Source of the DNA: a virus
Reading direction: 5' to 3' (one strand)
DNA: 64,000 bases
Virus record (IMG/VR): IMGVR_UViG_3300007072_000008
Span: 1 to 64,000 of that record
Shown here: piece by piece, positions 18,915 through 27,966 of the stretch
How the letters are laid out: the number at the start of each line of letters is the position of its first letter
Position numbering within the stretch: the stretch's first letter is position 1
Made by a program: the position numbers and the translations under genes
The notes under the pieces: model-generated
Told to the model about the DNA's origin: nothing
Databases searched by the model: none
What the model saw: the letters and a program-made list of their open reading frames with translations, nothing else

Positions 18915-18986
18915 TAGGCTTAAGTGGAGTCGAACCACTAATTGTTTCTTATCAGGAAACTGGTATAACCGTTTACCTATAAGCCT
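18915..18986 (-). tRNA. tRNA-Ile(GAT)
   Basis: gtttc-CTGATAA-gaaac. Confidence 0.9.
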
Positions 18987-18995
18987 ATGGTAACT

Positions 18996-19012
18996 TATTC
19001 ACTTGTCAAAGA
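18996..19012 (-). promoter_or_regulatory. boxA-like antitermination motif (TCTTTGACAAGTGAATA)
   Basis: Resembles the rRNA-leader boxA, sits ~10 nt before the first tRNA, and is repeated at ~19891-19907. Confidence 0.6.
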
Positions 19013-19017
19013 TCCTA

Positions 19018-19050
19018 ACAAAAAACCCAGACATTTTTTTTTGTCTGGGG
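19018..19050 (-). terminator. Intrinsic terminator (attenuator) ahead of the tRNA array
   Basis: CCCAGACA / A-rich loop / TGTCTGGG followed by TTTTTT on the minus strand. Confidence 0.8.
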
Positions 19051-19078
19051 TAAAAAGCACTTTTATTAATAGTACTCT

Positions 19079-19171
19079 TCACCCAGACGTAAAATCAGTG
19101 TGGGGGTTACATGTTGTTAGCATATTATTAATCGACATACGCATACTATATCCGTTTTTTCTACACACCAT
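19079..19171 (-). CDS. Putative attenuator leader peptide MVCRKNGYSMRMSINNMLTTCNPHTDFTSG
   Basis: GAGGGAG SD 6 nt upstream; last codons (TCT GGG TGA) overlap the antiterminator strand. Not in the ORF track. Confidence 0.7.
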   Translation of the reverse strand: MVCRKNGYSMRMSINNMLTTCNPHTDFTSG

Positions 19172-19586
19172 TAAAAACTCCCTCTGTTTTTTTTTTTTAC
19201 CGCGATTCATTTTGCATTACCAGTTGTTCACTGGTTTTTCATTCTTATAGTTGATACAAGGTTTTTTAATGATATATTATATAAATTTAATTTATATAAT
19301 CTTCCTTTACATTTGTGATAAAATGCACCAAAGATTTGAACATGCCCTTTTATACAGAACATTTATTCTAAAATAATGCCTTTACCAGACAACATTTCAT
19401 GTATCTCTTTCCTAAGTTCAATCAGTATATTTGTTGTTTTTCATCTAATTCGGAATATTTTACTAAATTCCTCAATTTATTGTCAATGTTATAAACAACG
19501 TTTTTCCACAAAGTCCCATCAAGAGCATCCCTATGTTTTTGCTGCTCTTCTAGTAAATTAAATATCAGTGTTACTTGCATAAATGC

Positions 19587-19811
19587 TTAACCTTTTACTA
19601 AGTTACTTAAGTATATTGTTTTTTCTAGTGTTTTTATTAGTTTTCTTAAATATTTTTCTAGCTCGTACACATGATCAAAATTACTTTTACCGTGCCAAGC
19701 TTCTTCTGAAGCCGATGCAATCAGTGGATCAACTAGCATTTTTAACCGCTTTTCCATCTCTACAAGACTATCTATAGAAGTTTGATAGACTTCTTTTTTA
19801 CCATATCCCAT
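19587..19811 (-). CDS. Hypothetical protein
   Basis: 74-aa ORF from the ATG at 19811. Confidence 0.5.
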   Translation of the reverse strand: MGYGKKEVYQTSIDSLVEMEKRLKMLVDPLIASASEEAWHGKSNFDHVYELEKYLRKLIKTLEKTIYLSNLVKG

Positions 19812-19890
19812 ATCAGTTTCCAATTTAACAAATTTCTTCTCGAAGCAATTAGCATCTTCTATTAAGTCAGTTCTGTTTCAACTTGATGTA

Positions 19891-20055
19891 TATTCACTTG
19901 TCAAAGAATATCCTAACAAAACCAGACATTTGTGGTGAAAAGTACTTTTATTAATAATACTCTTCACACAGACGTAAAACCAGTATTAATTGATGTGCAT
20001 ACTATATCTGTTCTTTTTACACACCATTGAAAACCACCTACTTTTTTTACCGCGA
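19891..20055 (-). repeat. Degenerate duplicate of the tRNA-array leader (18996-19205)
   Basis: Collinear similarity including boxA, tcctaacaaaa, ttttattaata.tactcttcac.cagacgtaaaa, actatatc.gtt, acacaccatt and ttttaccgcga; terminator loop and arm are deleted. Confidence 0.85.
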
Positions 20056-20109
20056 AACTTTTTCGCGGTAACTATTTTATTCAGCAGGTCTACATGATAT
20101 TGTTTTTAA

Positions 20110-20292
20110 TTAATTTTTAAGATTGAACAATTCCAACTGTTTTGGATTTTCATTATCTATCAATACAGTATAACCCAATGCAGTGAGAACTTTTTTTAAG
20201 GCTGTTATAACACAATCATCACGGTCTATATAACATTGTATAGAGCCTGTGTCAATAGCAATAGAAGATAATGTGGGGTGTATGTAAATCAT
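20110..20292 (-). CDS. Hypothetical protein
   Basis: ATG at 20292, with CCGATA 9 nt upstream. Confidence 0.55.
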   Translation of the reverse strand: MIYIHPTLSSIAIDTGSIQCYIDRDDCVITALKKVLTALGYTVLIDNENPKQLELFNLKN

Positions 20293-20374
20293 ATTAATAT
20301 ATATCGGACAAATTACTAAAAACAAATTACTAAAAACAAGGATAACCATGCAAACTTTTTAATATACAGCATAT

Positions 20375-21001
20375 ATGAATTGGTATAAGTATTCAATGCC
20401 GCAGATAAAAGATGTAAAATCTTCTGTAGATCAAATTTGTATGAAAATAAAACAAATTCAAGGAGTAAAAGATGTTTTTTTATTTGGTTCTTATGCAGCA
20501 AATATTAATAACCCATCCGCAATAGTAAAGGATGTTGATATCATTGCAGTTACGGAATTTAACACTGGTGATTTATTAGCAATTGATAACACAGCTTATT
20601 CGGCTTTGAAAATCAGTCCAAAAAATCTGGAAGAAGAGGGTTTTTGTAAAGAGGCTGTCAGTTTTACAAAGCAGTTTTTGTCATATGGGAACTATAATAT
20701 AGACCACTGGGCATTATCTGCTAGTAAGCAATTGTTACATTGGGGTGATATGCCAGAGACAAAAGAAGAATGGCAAGAAATACACATTAAAGCAGAGCAA
20801 GAAGCTAATGTCTTAACTGGAATTTCAAAAAATGATCTAAAAACAGCAACTAATGCACAAAAAAAGGAATGGAAAGAAATATTCGACAAATATATTAATA
20901 GATATGTGCAAAATAAAAATAGTGGCTGGTGTTTATCAGAAAACAAATTTAATTCTATAAAAAAAGATATTATTAAATGGACGATTTGGCAGAACAACTA
21001 G
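20375..21001 (+). CDS. Pol-beta family minimal nucleotidyltransferase with MNWYK tag
   Basis: VFLFGSYA...KDVDII (GS and DxD motifs), third Asp in NIDHW. Confidence 0.8.
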   Translation: MNWYKYSMPQIKDVKSSVDQICMKIKQIQGVKDVFLFGSYAANINNPSAIVKDVDIIAVTEFNTGDLLAIDNTAYSALKISPKNLEEEGFCKEAVSFTKQFLSYGNYNIDHWALSASKQLLHWGDMPETKEEWQEIHIKAEQEANVLTGISKNDLKTATNAQKKEWKEIFDKYINRYVQNKNSGWCLSENKFNSIKKDIIKWTIWQNN

Positions 21002-21198
21002 TATCTAAACTGCTTACCCCAGATGGTATTTGGGCTAATTACCATTGTCAACTAAGGCAGTGGCAAGCCTATCAAGCTTTAGTTAATAGTCATCTTATTC
21101 CAGATGGTCTAATGCCCAAAATGCCAACATATGATCAATTTAGTACAGATTTAGTGTCAGAAAGAACAGCGTGTAAGTATCCTAGCTTAGATCCTTAA
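20977..21198 (+). CDS. Hypothetical protein
   Basis: Overlaps the end of the upstream gene. Confidence 0.5.
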   Translation: MDDLAEQLVSKLLTPDGIWANYHCQLRQWQAYQALVNSHLIPDGLMPKMPTYDQFSTDLVSERTACKYPSLDP

Positions 21199-21421
21199 AA
21201 TAATTTTTACAAAATGGCAAAAATTGTGTATAGAAAATCTGGTTTACCGCGTATATATAATAGTATACAGTAGTTAATTCTAGCTATAGTAGTTATAGTT
21301 GTTTAAAGATAAATAAAAGATATAAAAGATACAATTGTGATAATGAATTTTCAAAATACACACTTTAGTAGAAGGAATTGCATAGTTTTATTATAATTAG
21401 TGGTTAAACAGAGTGTGCAAT

Positions 21422-23578
21422 ATGAATTGGTATCAATTAGTTAAAATAGCAGAGCAGGTATCTACAGAAGACTTTACAGAATTAGTACGTCATCTCAAAA
21501 CTACAACTAATGCAGGTGAAGGGGAAATTAGACAATATTTAATTAATTTGTTAAACTTCAAAAATAGATATGAAAATATATTAAAACTTGTTTTTGCGTT
21601 CTGGAAAATTTCTGATGAAAACGAAAGAATTATTAATTCTTCTTTTGCTGAATTAAAACAATTCAGATTTGAACAGATTAAAGCGGCTGTAGTGTCCATA
21701 AATAAAATTAACTCAAATTACATTATTACTCAGGCAAAAAAATATGCTGAAGAATTAAACATAGATCAAAATGCTGATATTGATAGAATCAAAATTGATA
21801 TAATTAAGTTTATTTCTTTCAGGGAGACAGGGGTTTTACGAACATTGGCATCAAAACCTATTGAAGAAGTAACAGCCTATAATGAAGAAATTAGTGGATT
21901 ACTGGGTAGAGAAATTAGTCCAGATGAAATCGAAATAGTCGTTAATAATACAAAGAATAAAAATGATATAACTACTATACCTTATTCAGAACTGAAGGTA
22001 TTGTTAGCTATATTAACTATGATAAAAATTGAAAAAGATGAGAAGAGTGTCAAGAAAGCTCCTGTTTCTATATTAAAAAAACCTATATTTGCTAACAACG
22101 AAATTGAAATTTATCCTGGTTTAACCCCTGCTGACTGTGCAACCATTAAAGATTCATTTGGCATTCCAAGCAACGAGGGATGGTGTGTTGGACGTAGAGA
22201 TAATAATCTCTGGTATCATTATAGAAATAGGACCGAACGCAGAGAACCTACTTTTTATTTTGGAAGGAAATTAAATGTCCCCTTAACAGAAATTATGAAA
22301 ACAGAAGATCCTTATACTGTATTTGCTTTACAAATACATCCTGCTCATTGTGGTGGACTGCCTTATACTATAAGCAATAAATTTAACGACGGAATTGATA
22401 AAGATGTATCATGGGATAATTTAAAAAGATTGATTCCAGAATTAGATTCTATAGATATTAAAACTAATAAGCATTTTACAGAAATATTTAATCCAGAAGA
22501 TCCTAATGTTGCTATACCTTTGTCAAGGCAAGAAAAGCAATTTACACAACAGGTAGTACAAAATCGTAATCCTGAATTCTTTTGTAAATTAAATTATCTT
22601 AAAAAGAAGCGATATATAGATATAAAAATGTCTTTATCTGATGAGGAGTACAAATGTGCTGACGATTCTATTCAATTACACTATATTAATTTAAGAAATG
22701 AATTAACACCCGCACAAATTGCAATAACATCTGCACAAAATATAAAAAGATATGAATTCCTTCAGCAGGAAAAAATGCTGAAAAATACAAAACAGTTGCT
22801 GGGATATTTGCAGGTTAAAACATTAAATGGAACACCGCTTAAGCTGGTTGACAGAAGATTAGTCGATCACATTCCTAATATTATAAAGGAAATTGCGGGA
22901 AGCAGAGAATTAACTAATATGTTAAAGGATACTGTTGTACGCGGAATTCCTTTGGGTGATATAGTGCACCTGCCGCATGTCATACAAAGTGCTTTTACAA
23001 TTTCTTCTGTAGCACAAGCATATCTTAGTGGAGTTGATTTGCCTTTGAATGTTTCATTGCCAAATATACTAATTGAAATTATTAAAGAACGACAAAATTC
23101 TGTTGTTCTTTTAAGACTTTTATATAGCAGACTTAGAGACATAGGACACCCTGGTGCCGAGGTGTTAGAAAATATAATACAGCATAAATTGGAGCTAGAA
23201 ATAGCTAAAATAATACATAGTCCAGCATTAATATGCACTTATTTATTAAGTCTCCATGTAAAGGGAATAGGTTTAACAGGAATACCTGATTATGTCTTTG
23301 ATGCTTTATCAACTGATGCTGAACAGTGTTGTAGGTATATTCTCGGTGCTCATGTTTATTGCCTACAGGGGGTGATACCAAAAAGATCTTTTTATATACA
23401 TCCGGCTATCGTTCGCGGATTAGCCGCAAAACCTAATCTATTGTTAAAAACCGCTAAAGAACTGTATGCTGGTGGAACATTTAATCCCTTATCACTTGTT
23501 GAGAAATTAAAGGGACAGGGCTTGGTCGCCTATAATCGTTACATAGTTGATAAACCCATACCAGCTTACAATGTGTAA
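21422..23578 (+). CDS. Large hypothetical protein with MNWYQ tag and WCV...YR...TFYF domain
   Basis: Starts MNWYQLVKIA; shares its central domain with 32845..34068. Confidence 0.8.
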   Translation: MNWYQLVKIAEQVSTEDFTELVRHLKTTTNAGEGEIRQYLINLLNFKNRYENILKLVFAFWKISDENERIINSSFAELKQFRFEQIKAAVVSINKINSNYIITQAKKYAEELNIDQNADIDRIKIDIIKFISFRETGVLRTLASKPIEEVTAYNEEISGLLGREISPDEIEIVVNNTKNKNDITTIPYSELKVLLAILTMIKIEKDEKSVKKAPVSILKKPIFANNEIEIYPGLTPADCATIKDSFGIPSNEGWCVGRRDNNLWYHYRNRTERREPTFYFGRKLNVPLTEIMKTEDPYTVFALQIHPAHCGGLPYTISNKFNDGIDKDVSWDNLKRLIPELDSIDIKTNKHFTEIFNPEDPNVAIPLSRQEKQFTQQVVQNRNPEFFCKLNYLKKKRYIDIKMSLSDEEYKCADDSIQLHYINLRNELTPAQIAITSAQNIKRYEFLQQEKMLKNTKQLLGYLQVKTLNGTPLKLVDRRLVDHIPNIIKEIAGSRELTNMLKDTVVRGIPLGDIVHLPHVIQSAFTISSVAQAYLSGVDLPLNVSLPNILIEIIKERQNSVVLLRLLYSRLRDIGHPGAEVLENIIQHKLELEIAKIIHSPALICTYLLSLHVKGIGLTGIPDYVFDALSTDAEQCCRYILGAHVYCLQGVIPKRSFYIHPAIVRGLAAKPNLLLKTAKELYAGGTFNPLSLVEKLKGQGLVAYNRYIVDKPIPAYNV

Positions 23579-23827
23579 ATTATAGTATATGCAATATAGT
23601 TATTAGCCATATATATAGCAAGATTATAATAAAAAAAGAAAAAACAACCGATCCATGCGGTTTATATATCAAGCCCTTGCGTTTTTTAAATTTTGTCCCT
23701 AACAATTGAAGATGTTCGTTTTTGCAAAACATATATTAATTTGATTTGTAGCACTAGCTCCTGAAACTCTAGATAGTTTTTCAAATTATTTATATAATTT
23801 GCTAATTTATAAGTTTGTTTTTGTTTT

Positions 23828-24103
23828 TTATTCGATATCAATTTCTTCTATATATACGTAATGTCCTGGGCAACTTGCATAAGTTATAATAGAGCCAGTT
23901 TGTTCTGCAAATCGGTTAAAAACCATAGGTGGAGGTTTATCCTTATCTTCGCTATCTGTTGCATTACGCCATTCTTGTTCAGTATTATCTAAATAGGCGT
24001 TAAAAAAAGCTAGAGCATTTTTATAGTTGTAATAAGCCCCTATGGTGTTTACTGAAGGCTCACTCGATAGGTTTTCTTGGTGTAATATAATATATGCTTT
24101 CAT
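23828..24103 (-). CDS. Hypothetical protein
   Basis: ACGATA 7 nt upstream of the ATG; YVYIEEIDIE C-terminus typical of small phage proteins. Confidence 0.7.
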   Translation of the reverse strand: MKAYIILHQENLSSEPSVNTIGAYYNYKNALAFFNAYLDNTEQEWRNATDSEDKDKPPPMVFNRFAEQTGSIITYASCPGHYVYIEEIDIE

Positions 24104-24158
24104 GTTTTTTTATCGTCTAAAAGGATAAACATTGTTAATGTTGTAAGAAATAAATATT

Positions 24159-24914
24159 ATGATTATAGTCAAAACAAAAAACACTTTTAGTATCAAGTTA
24201 ACCAAAAAAGAATGGTTTAAAATCGGTCAGACAGCGGGTTGGATAAAAACAGCTAAGAACCCATGCTGGAAGGGGTATAAACAGATAGGGATTAAAAATA
24301 ATGGGAAAAAGAAAGTTCCTAATTGCGTTCCTAGTAAAAAAGCGCAATTCTCAGGAACAGTTCCAGTAGATCAACTGGTAAACAGTTGGAATCAGCTTTC
24401 TTCTCAATTGGGAGTAGTAAATATTACTGGCTCAAATGTAAACTATTCTGTTAATTTAAAAGGAAAAAGTATTAGTATCCGTCCTCTGTTAGATAAGGTG
24501 ATTAACTTGATAAAACCTAAATTAACAGAAAATGGCGTTAAAGAAATAGATACGTCGCCTCTTCCCGCAGGAATACAGGGGTTAGCAGTTAGTAGTGAGC
24601 CAGGTAAAATTAGAGTGGATATAGAAAAGATATGTAAACAGTTTTTTGACCACTCACAAGCTCCAATCATACAAAATGATGGAACAGAGGTAGATCCTGA
24701 CATGGAAAAACAGCTTACTAACGCTATAGCACATGAATTATTAGCTACCATCGCTCATGAAAGTGCTCACTCAAGAGACTATAGCAATGAATTTCAGAAA
24801 TATGTCAATGATCCACAAAAGATGAGATTCCCAAGGTTTGATAAGGTCCAAGAAGCCCCTGGAGGGCAATTTGAAAACCAAATAAGAAATCAATATAAGT
24901 CGCAACAATTTTAA
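24159..24914 (+). CDS. Putative virion/head protein with PCWKGY...PNCVP motif and HExxH metallopeptidase-like motif
   Basis: NPCWKGYKQIG...VPNCVP and IAHESAH. Confidence 0.75.
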   Translation: MIIVKTKNTFSIKLTKKEWFKIGQTAGWIKTAKNPCWKGYKQIGIKNNGKKKVPNCVPSKKAQFSGTVPVDQLVNSWNQLSSQLGVVNITGSNVNYSVNLKGKSISIRPLLDKVINLIKPKLTENGVKEIDTSPLPAGIQGLAVSSEPGKIRVDIEKICKQFFDHSQAPIIQNDGTEVDPDMEKQLTNAIAHELLATIAHESAHSRDYSNEFQKYVNDPQKMRFPRFDKVQEAPGGQFENQIRNQYKSQQF

Positions 24915-24992
24915 TAAAAATATAAAGGGAAAAAACTTATTCAGACGAAATACTTATATGTCGTAGAGTAAAATCATACAAATGGAGATCAT

Positions 24993-25379
24993 ATGAAAAT
25001 AGTTAAGAAATCAAATGGGAAAAAAGCTCTTAGAATGACACGCAAAGAATGGGTAAGAATCGGACGGCAATTAGGTGCTATGGGAGAAGACTTAAATACC
25101 GTTACTACTCCCAAAACTGATACAGTGAGTACTTCAGTAAACACAGATCTAAAATCGCTTGTCAATAAGTTTCGTGATCTGTTAGCAGAACTTGAAGCTG
25201 CTGTGAATGAAAAAGATGTAGGCAATGACAATGACGCATTGGATGATGATGCATTGGACGATGATGCATTGGACGATGATGCATTGGACGATGATGCATT
25301 GGACGATGATGCATTGGACAATGATGCATTGGACGATGATGCGGGTAGTGAAGATGAAGATCTTTTGCCGCCATCCTAA
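24993..25379 (+). CDS. Acidic protein with DDDAL repeats
   Basis: GGAG SD; N-terminus similar to the upstream gene; 15-bp tandem repeat. Confidence 0.75.
   Translation: MKIVKKSNGKKALRMTRKEWVRIGRQLGAMGEDLNTVTTPKTDTVSTSVNTDLKSLVNKFRDLLAELEAAVNEKDVGNDNDALDDDALDDDALDDDALDDDALDDDALDNDALDDDAGSEDEDLLPPS
25229..25342 (+). repeat. 15-bp tandem repeat (gatgatgcattggac), about 7 copies
   Basis: Seen directly. Confidence 0.9.
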
Positions 25380-25396
25380 ACATAATTTATATATCA

Positions 25397-25443
25397 TAAA
25401 ATAAGGTCTAGTCGCTTACAGTAAGCGACTAGACCTTATTTTA
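25397..25443. terminator. Perfect 23-bp inverted repeat, probably a bidirectional terminator
   Basis: taaaataaggtctagtcgcttac-a-gtaagcgactagaccttatttta between convergent genes. Confidence 0.75.
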
Positions 25444-25455
25444 CTACTGATGAGG

Positions 25456-25701
25456 TCATAATTGAATGTCTATTCCTATTATGTCTTCATTCTCAATAGA
25501 ACAGCAAATTTTACATAAAGACGAATGTTTTTCTAAAAATTCAAGACACCCCTCTACACCACTATATTGAGTTAAAAAATCATTTGCTTTTCTATACTGA
25601 ATAGCTCTATTTAGTTCAAAAGATAAAAATAATAACATTTCATACCTATGGTCTCCTTGTTTTTTCAAAAACTTCTCTAACTGCATATAACTGTGTTTCA
25701 T
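25456..25701 (-). CDS. Hypothetical protein
   Basis: ATG at 25701. Confidence 0.5.
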   Translation of the reverse strand: MKHSYMQLEKFLKKQGDHRYEMLLFLSFELNRAIQYRKANDFLTQYSGVEGCLEFLEKHSSLCKICCSIENEDIIGIDIQL

Positions 25702-26036
25702 ACTCAAATCCCTCGTTTGACGCGGCGGCGGCAATTGTTAAAGACTTGCAAGTGTCAATTTTCCTAGGTTCTACTTTGATTCATTGATATTGCTACAGTT
25801 GTTATAATTTAACATTACACTTATAACTTTAGAAGGAATGCTGATTAACCATACTGCTAAGCTAAAAATTGCTACTATAAATATAAATATTAGTATTCCC
25901 ACAAAAGTTAACCAATTATATATTTCATATTTCATGTTGTGTTCACAATATGAAGTCTTGTGTGGGTGGAGTGTAGCACAAAAAAAAACACAATTTCTTG
26001 TGCCCTTTTAATGACTATGTGGGAGGAGGTTTTTTT

Positions 26037-26774
26037 TTACCGCGAACTTAATACTTTTAGCATAGTGCGGTTGTGAAAACCAATTGACTTCTTTGGCTTA
26101 AAAAAACTTTCCTGAAAACGTGTTAATTGATCTTTTCCAGTATTGTTAAGCCAGTTTTGAAAAAGATCTTTGTCCTTTATAGTGTTTTCAGAATTAATAT
26201 CATTAACTCCTTGCCATGATAGTAAGGCGTCATCTGGTATTGTGAAACGGAACCATCGTAAGACCTCACTAAGATGAGAAAGGACTTCATCTGCTTTATA
26301 ATTATGTCCTATAACAATAATGCCTGCTTTCTTGCCTTCGTAGGGGGGGGGTTCTCCAAAAACCGTGCTAAGGTTATCAATAACATTCAAACGCTCTATA
26401 ATGCGTTGTAGCACGGCTGAATGGCTAAACCATCGCACAGGTGTGGCGAAAATAACTATATCAGAATGTTTAATACCATCATATATTAATGGCATTTCGT
26501 CTTTACCGCCATATTTTTCTGGTTCTTTTATAGAATTATAATGTGCCCAACACCGGTAAGGTCCGGCATCTTTGCTGCCACATTTTTTCCCATCCTCAGA
26601 ATAACATCCTTGATTTTCGACGATATGCAGTTTGTTAGCTTCAATTAAATTTATACTATGTCCATTATTTTTGAATTGTTCTAGTATCTTTTCTAAAATC
26701 AGTAAAGATTTCGACGGAGAATCTGTTCCCGAGGGGGTCCAATGGTTAGATGTTGCAATTCCTAATATTTTCAT
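26037..26774 (-). CDS. Flavodoxin-fold NADPH-dependent FMN reductase / iron-sulfur flavoprotein-like protein
   Basis: MKILGI..S, Cys cluster (GCYS...CG...YRC), SDIVIFATPVRW, IIERL, GKKAGII. Confidence 0.85.
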   Translation of the reverse strand: MKILGIATSNHWTPSGTDSPSKSLLILEKILEQFKNNGHSINLIEANKLHIVENQGCYSEDGKKCGSKDAGPYRCWAHYNSIKEPEKYGGKDEMPLIYDGIKHSDIVIFATPVRWFSHSAVLQRIIERLNVIDNLSTVFGEPPPYEGKKAGIIVIGHNYKADEVLSHLSEVLRWFRFTIPDDALLSWQGVNDINSENTIKDKDLFQNWLNNTGKDQLTRFQESFFKPKKSIGFHNRTMLKVLSSR

Positions 26775-26794
26775 TATTAAAGCTTTATATATAA

Positions 26795-27787
26795 CTATGA
26801 ATTTAGTATTTTTCCGAGTTTAGTTAATAATTTTTTACTGTTACTAACAGAAAGAATTTTGACAGACTTTGGTAATACGTCATGCACAATAGAATTAACT
26901 TCTGTAGTTTGATTGACCGTTTTTTGCAATCTGTTTAATACATTGTTTAACGGTTCTTTTAGGGCATATACCGCAGTGACAATTTCAGATAAATCGCCAA
27001 AGCTCATTCCGTCTGTTTTCTTAACTAGTTCTTCAATTTCTGCTTCTGATGATAAACCTCTTGACAATAATTTGTTTTGAAAATAAATCTTACGACCTTC
27101 ATAAGGAGGATAGGGAACATGTATTTTTTTGTCAAAACGACCAGACCGCAATAGTCTAGGAGGAAAACGATCTAGATAATTTGTAGTTGCTAAATAAAGC
27201 ACCCCATCAACAGTGTCTTGCCCATCTAAGAGGTGTAATAGCTGCTGCTCATTCCACTTAATTAATTCATCAATATCTTCTAACATAGCTACAACCTGAC
27301 GAGTAGGTTCGATATTCCTTAATGCTTTAAGACCAGTTTTTAAAGCACCTACGTCACTTGCGTATATAACTATATCTCCTTTGTTGGTAATTAATTCAGA
27401 AACTTGATTTAATATACTTGTTTTACCACCACCAGGAGTCCCGTATAATAGAATCCCACGACTATATACTAAGCCTAATTTTTTGTAATCATTACGTAAT
27501 GACCAAAAACGATCAATTTCACTTAAAACCTCTTTCATAGGACCAGATTCGAATTTATATAATTCAGCAGTTTTTGGTTTAATACGTTCGAATTGAACGT
27601 TTCCTTCCATGTCTAAAAACACCTTATAAGCTGCTTGATTAATAGTAGGGGATAAAGATACGTCGCCTACTGGTCTAATTGTATTTTTATCTTTTAACCA
27701 TCGAAAATAAGTTTTTTCTAAGGGTTCGTCAGAATTAGGGTGTTTTGAAGTTTCGGTTAATATCTGTTGAGCATTAATATGTTTCAT
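26795..27787 (-). CDS. AAA+ ATPase
   Basis: GILLYGTPGGGKT, MLEDID, LATTN, RSGRFD. Confidence 0.93.
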   Translation of the reverse strand: MKHINAQQILTETSKHPNSDEPLEKTYFRWLKDKNTIRPVGDVSLSPTINQAAYKVFLDMEGNVQFERIKPKTAELYKFESGPMKEVLSEIDRFWSLRNDYKKLGLVYSRGILLYGTPGGGKTSILNQVSELITNKGDIVIYASDVGALKTGLKALRNIEPTRQVVAMLEDIDELIKWNEQQLLHLLDGQDTVDGVLYLATTNYLDRFPPRLLRSGRFDKKIHVPYPPYEGRKIYFQNKLLSRGLSSEAEIEELVKKTDGMSFGDLSEIVTAVYALKEPLNNVLNRLQKTVNQTTEVNSIVHDVLPKSVKILSVSNSKKLLTKLGKILNS

Positions 27788-27966
27788 ACATGTCCTTATA
27801 AAAGATATGTTTATATATTAAAGAAATAGTAAAATCCCTTTCTTTTTATTAATGAAGCATAGATTAATAATTAACAAAAATTAATTAACAAAGGAAAACT
27901 ACTAAGAGAAAATAAATTACCATTATTTAACGACCAAATAGTTTAATAAATATAGGAGAAATAAAT

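Noticed and set aside
14180-19250. ORF-track entries 14180..14374, 18292..18537, 18394..18741 and 18987..19250
   Set aside because: They overlap tRNA genes or the attenuator and are shadow ORFs.
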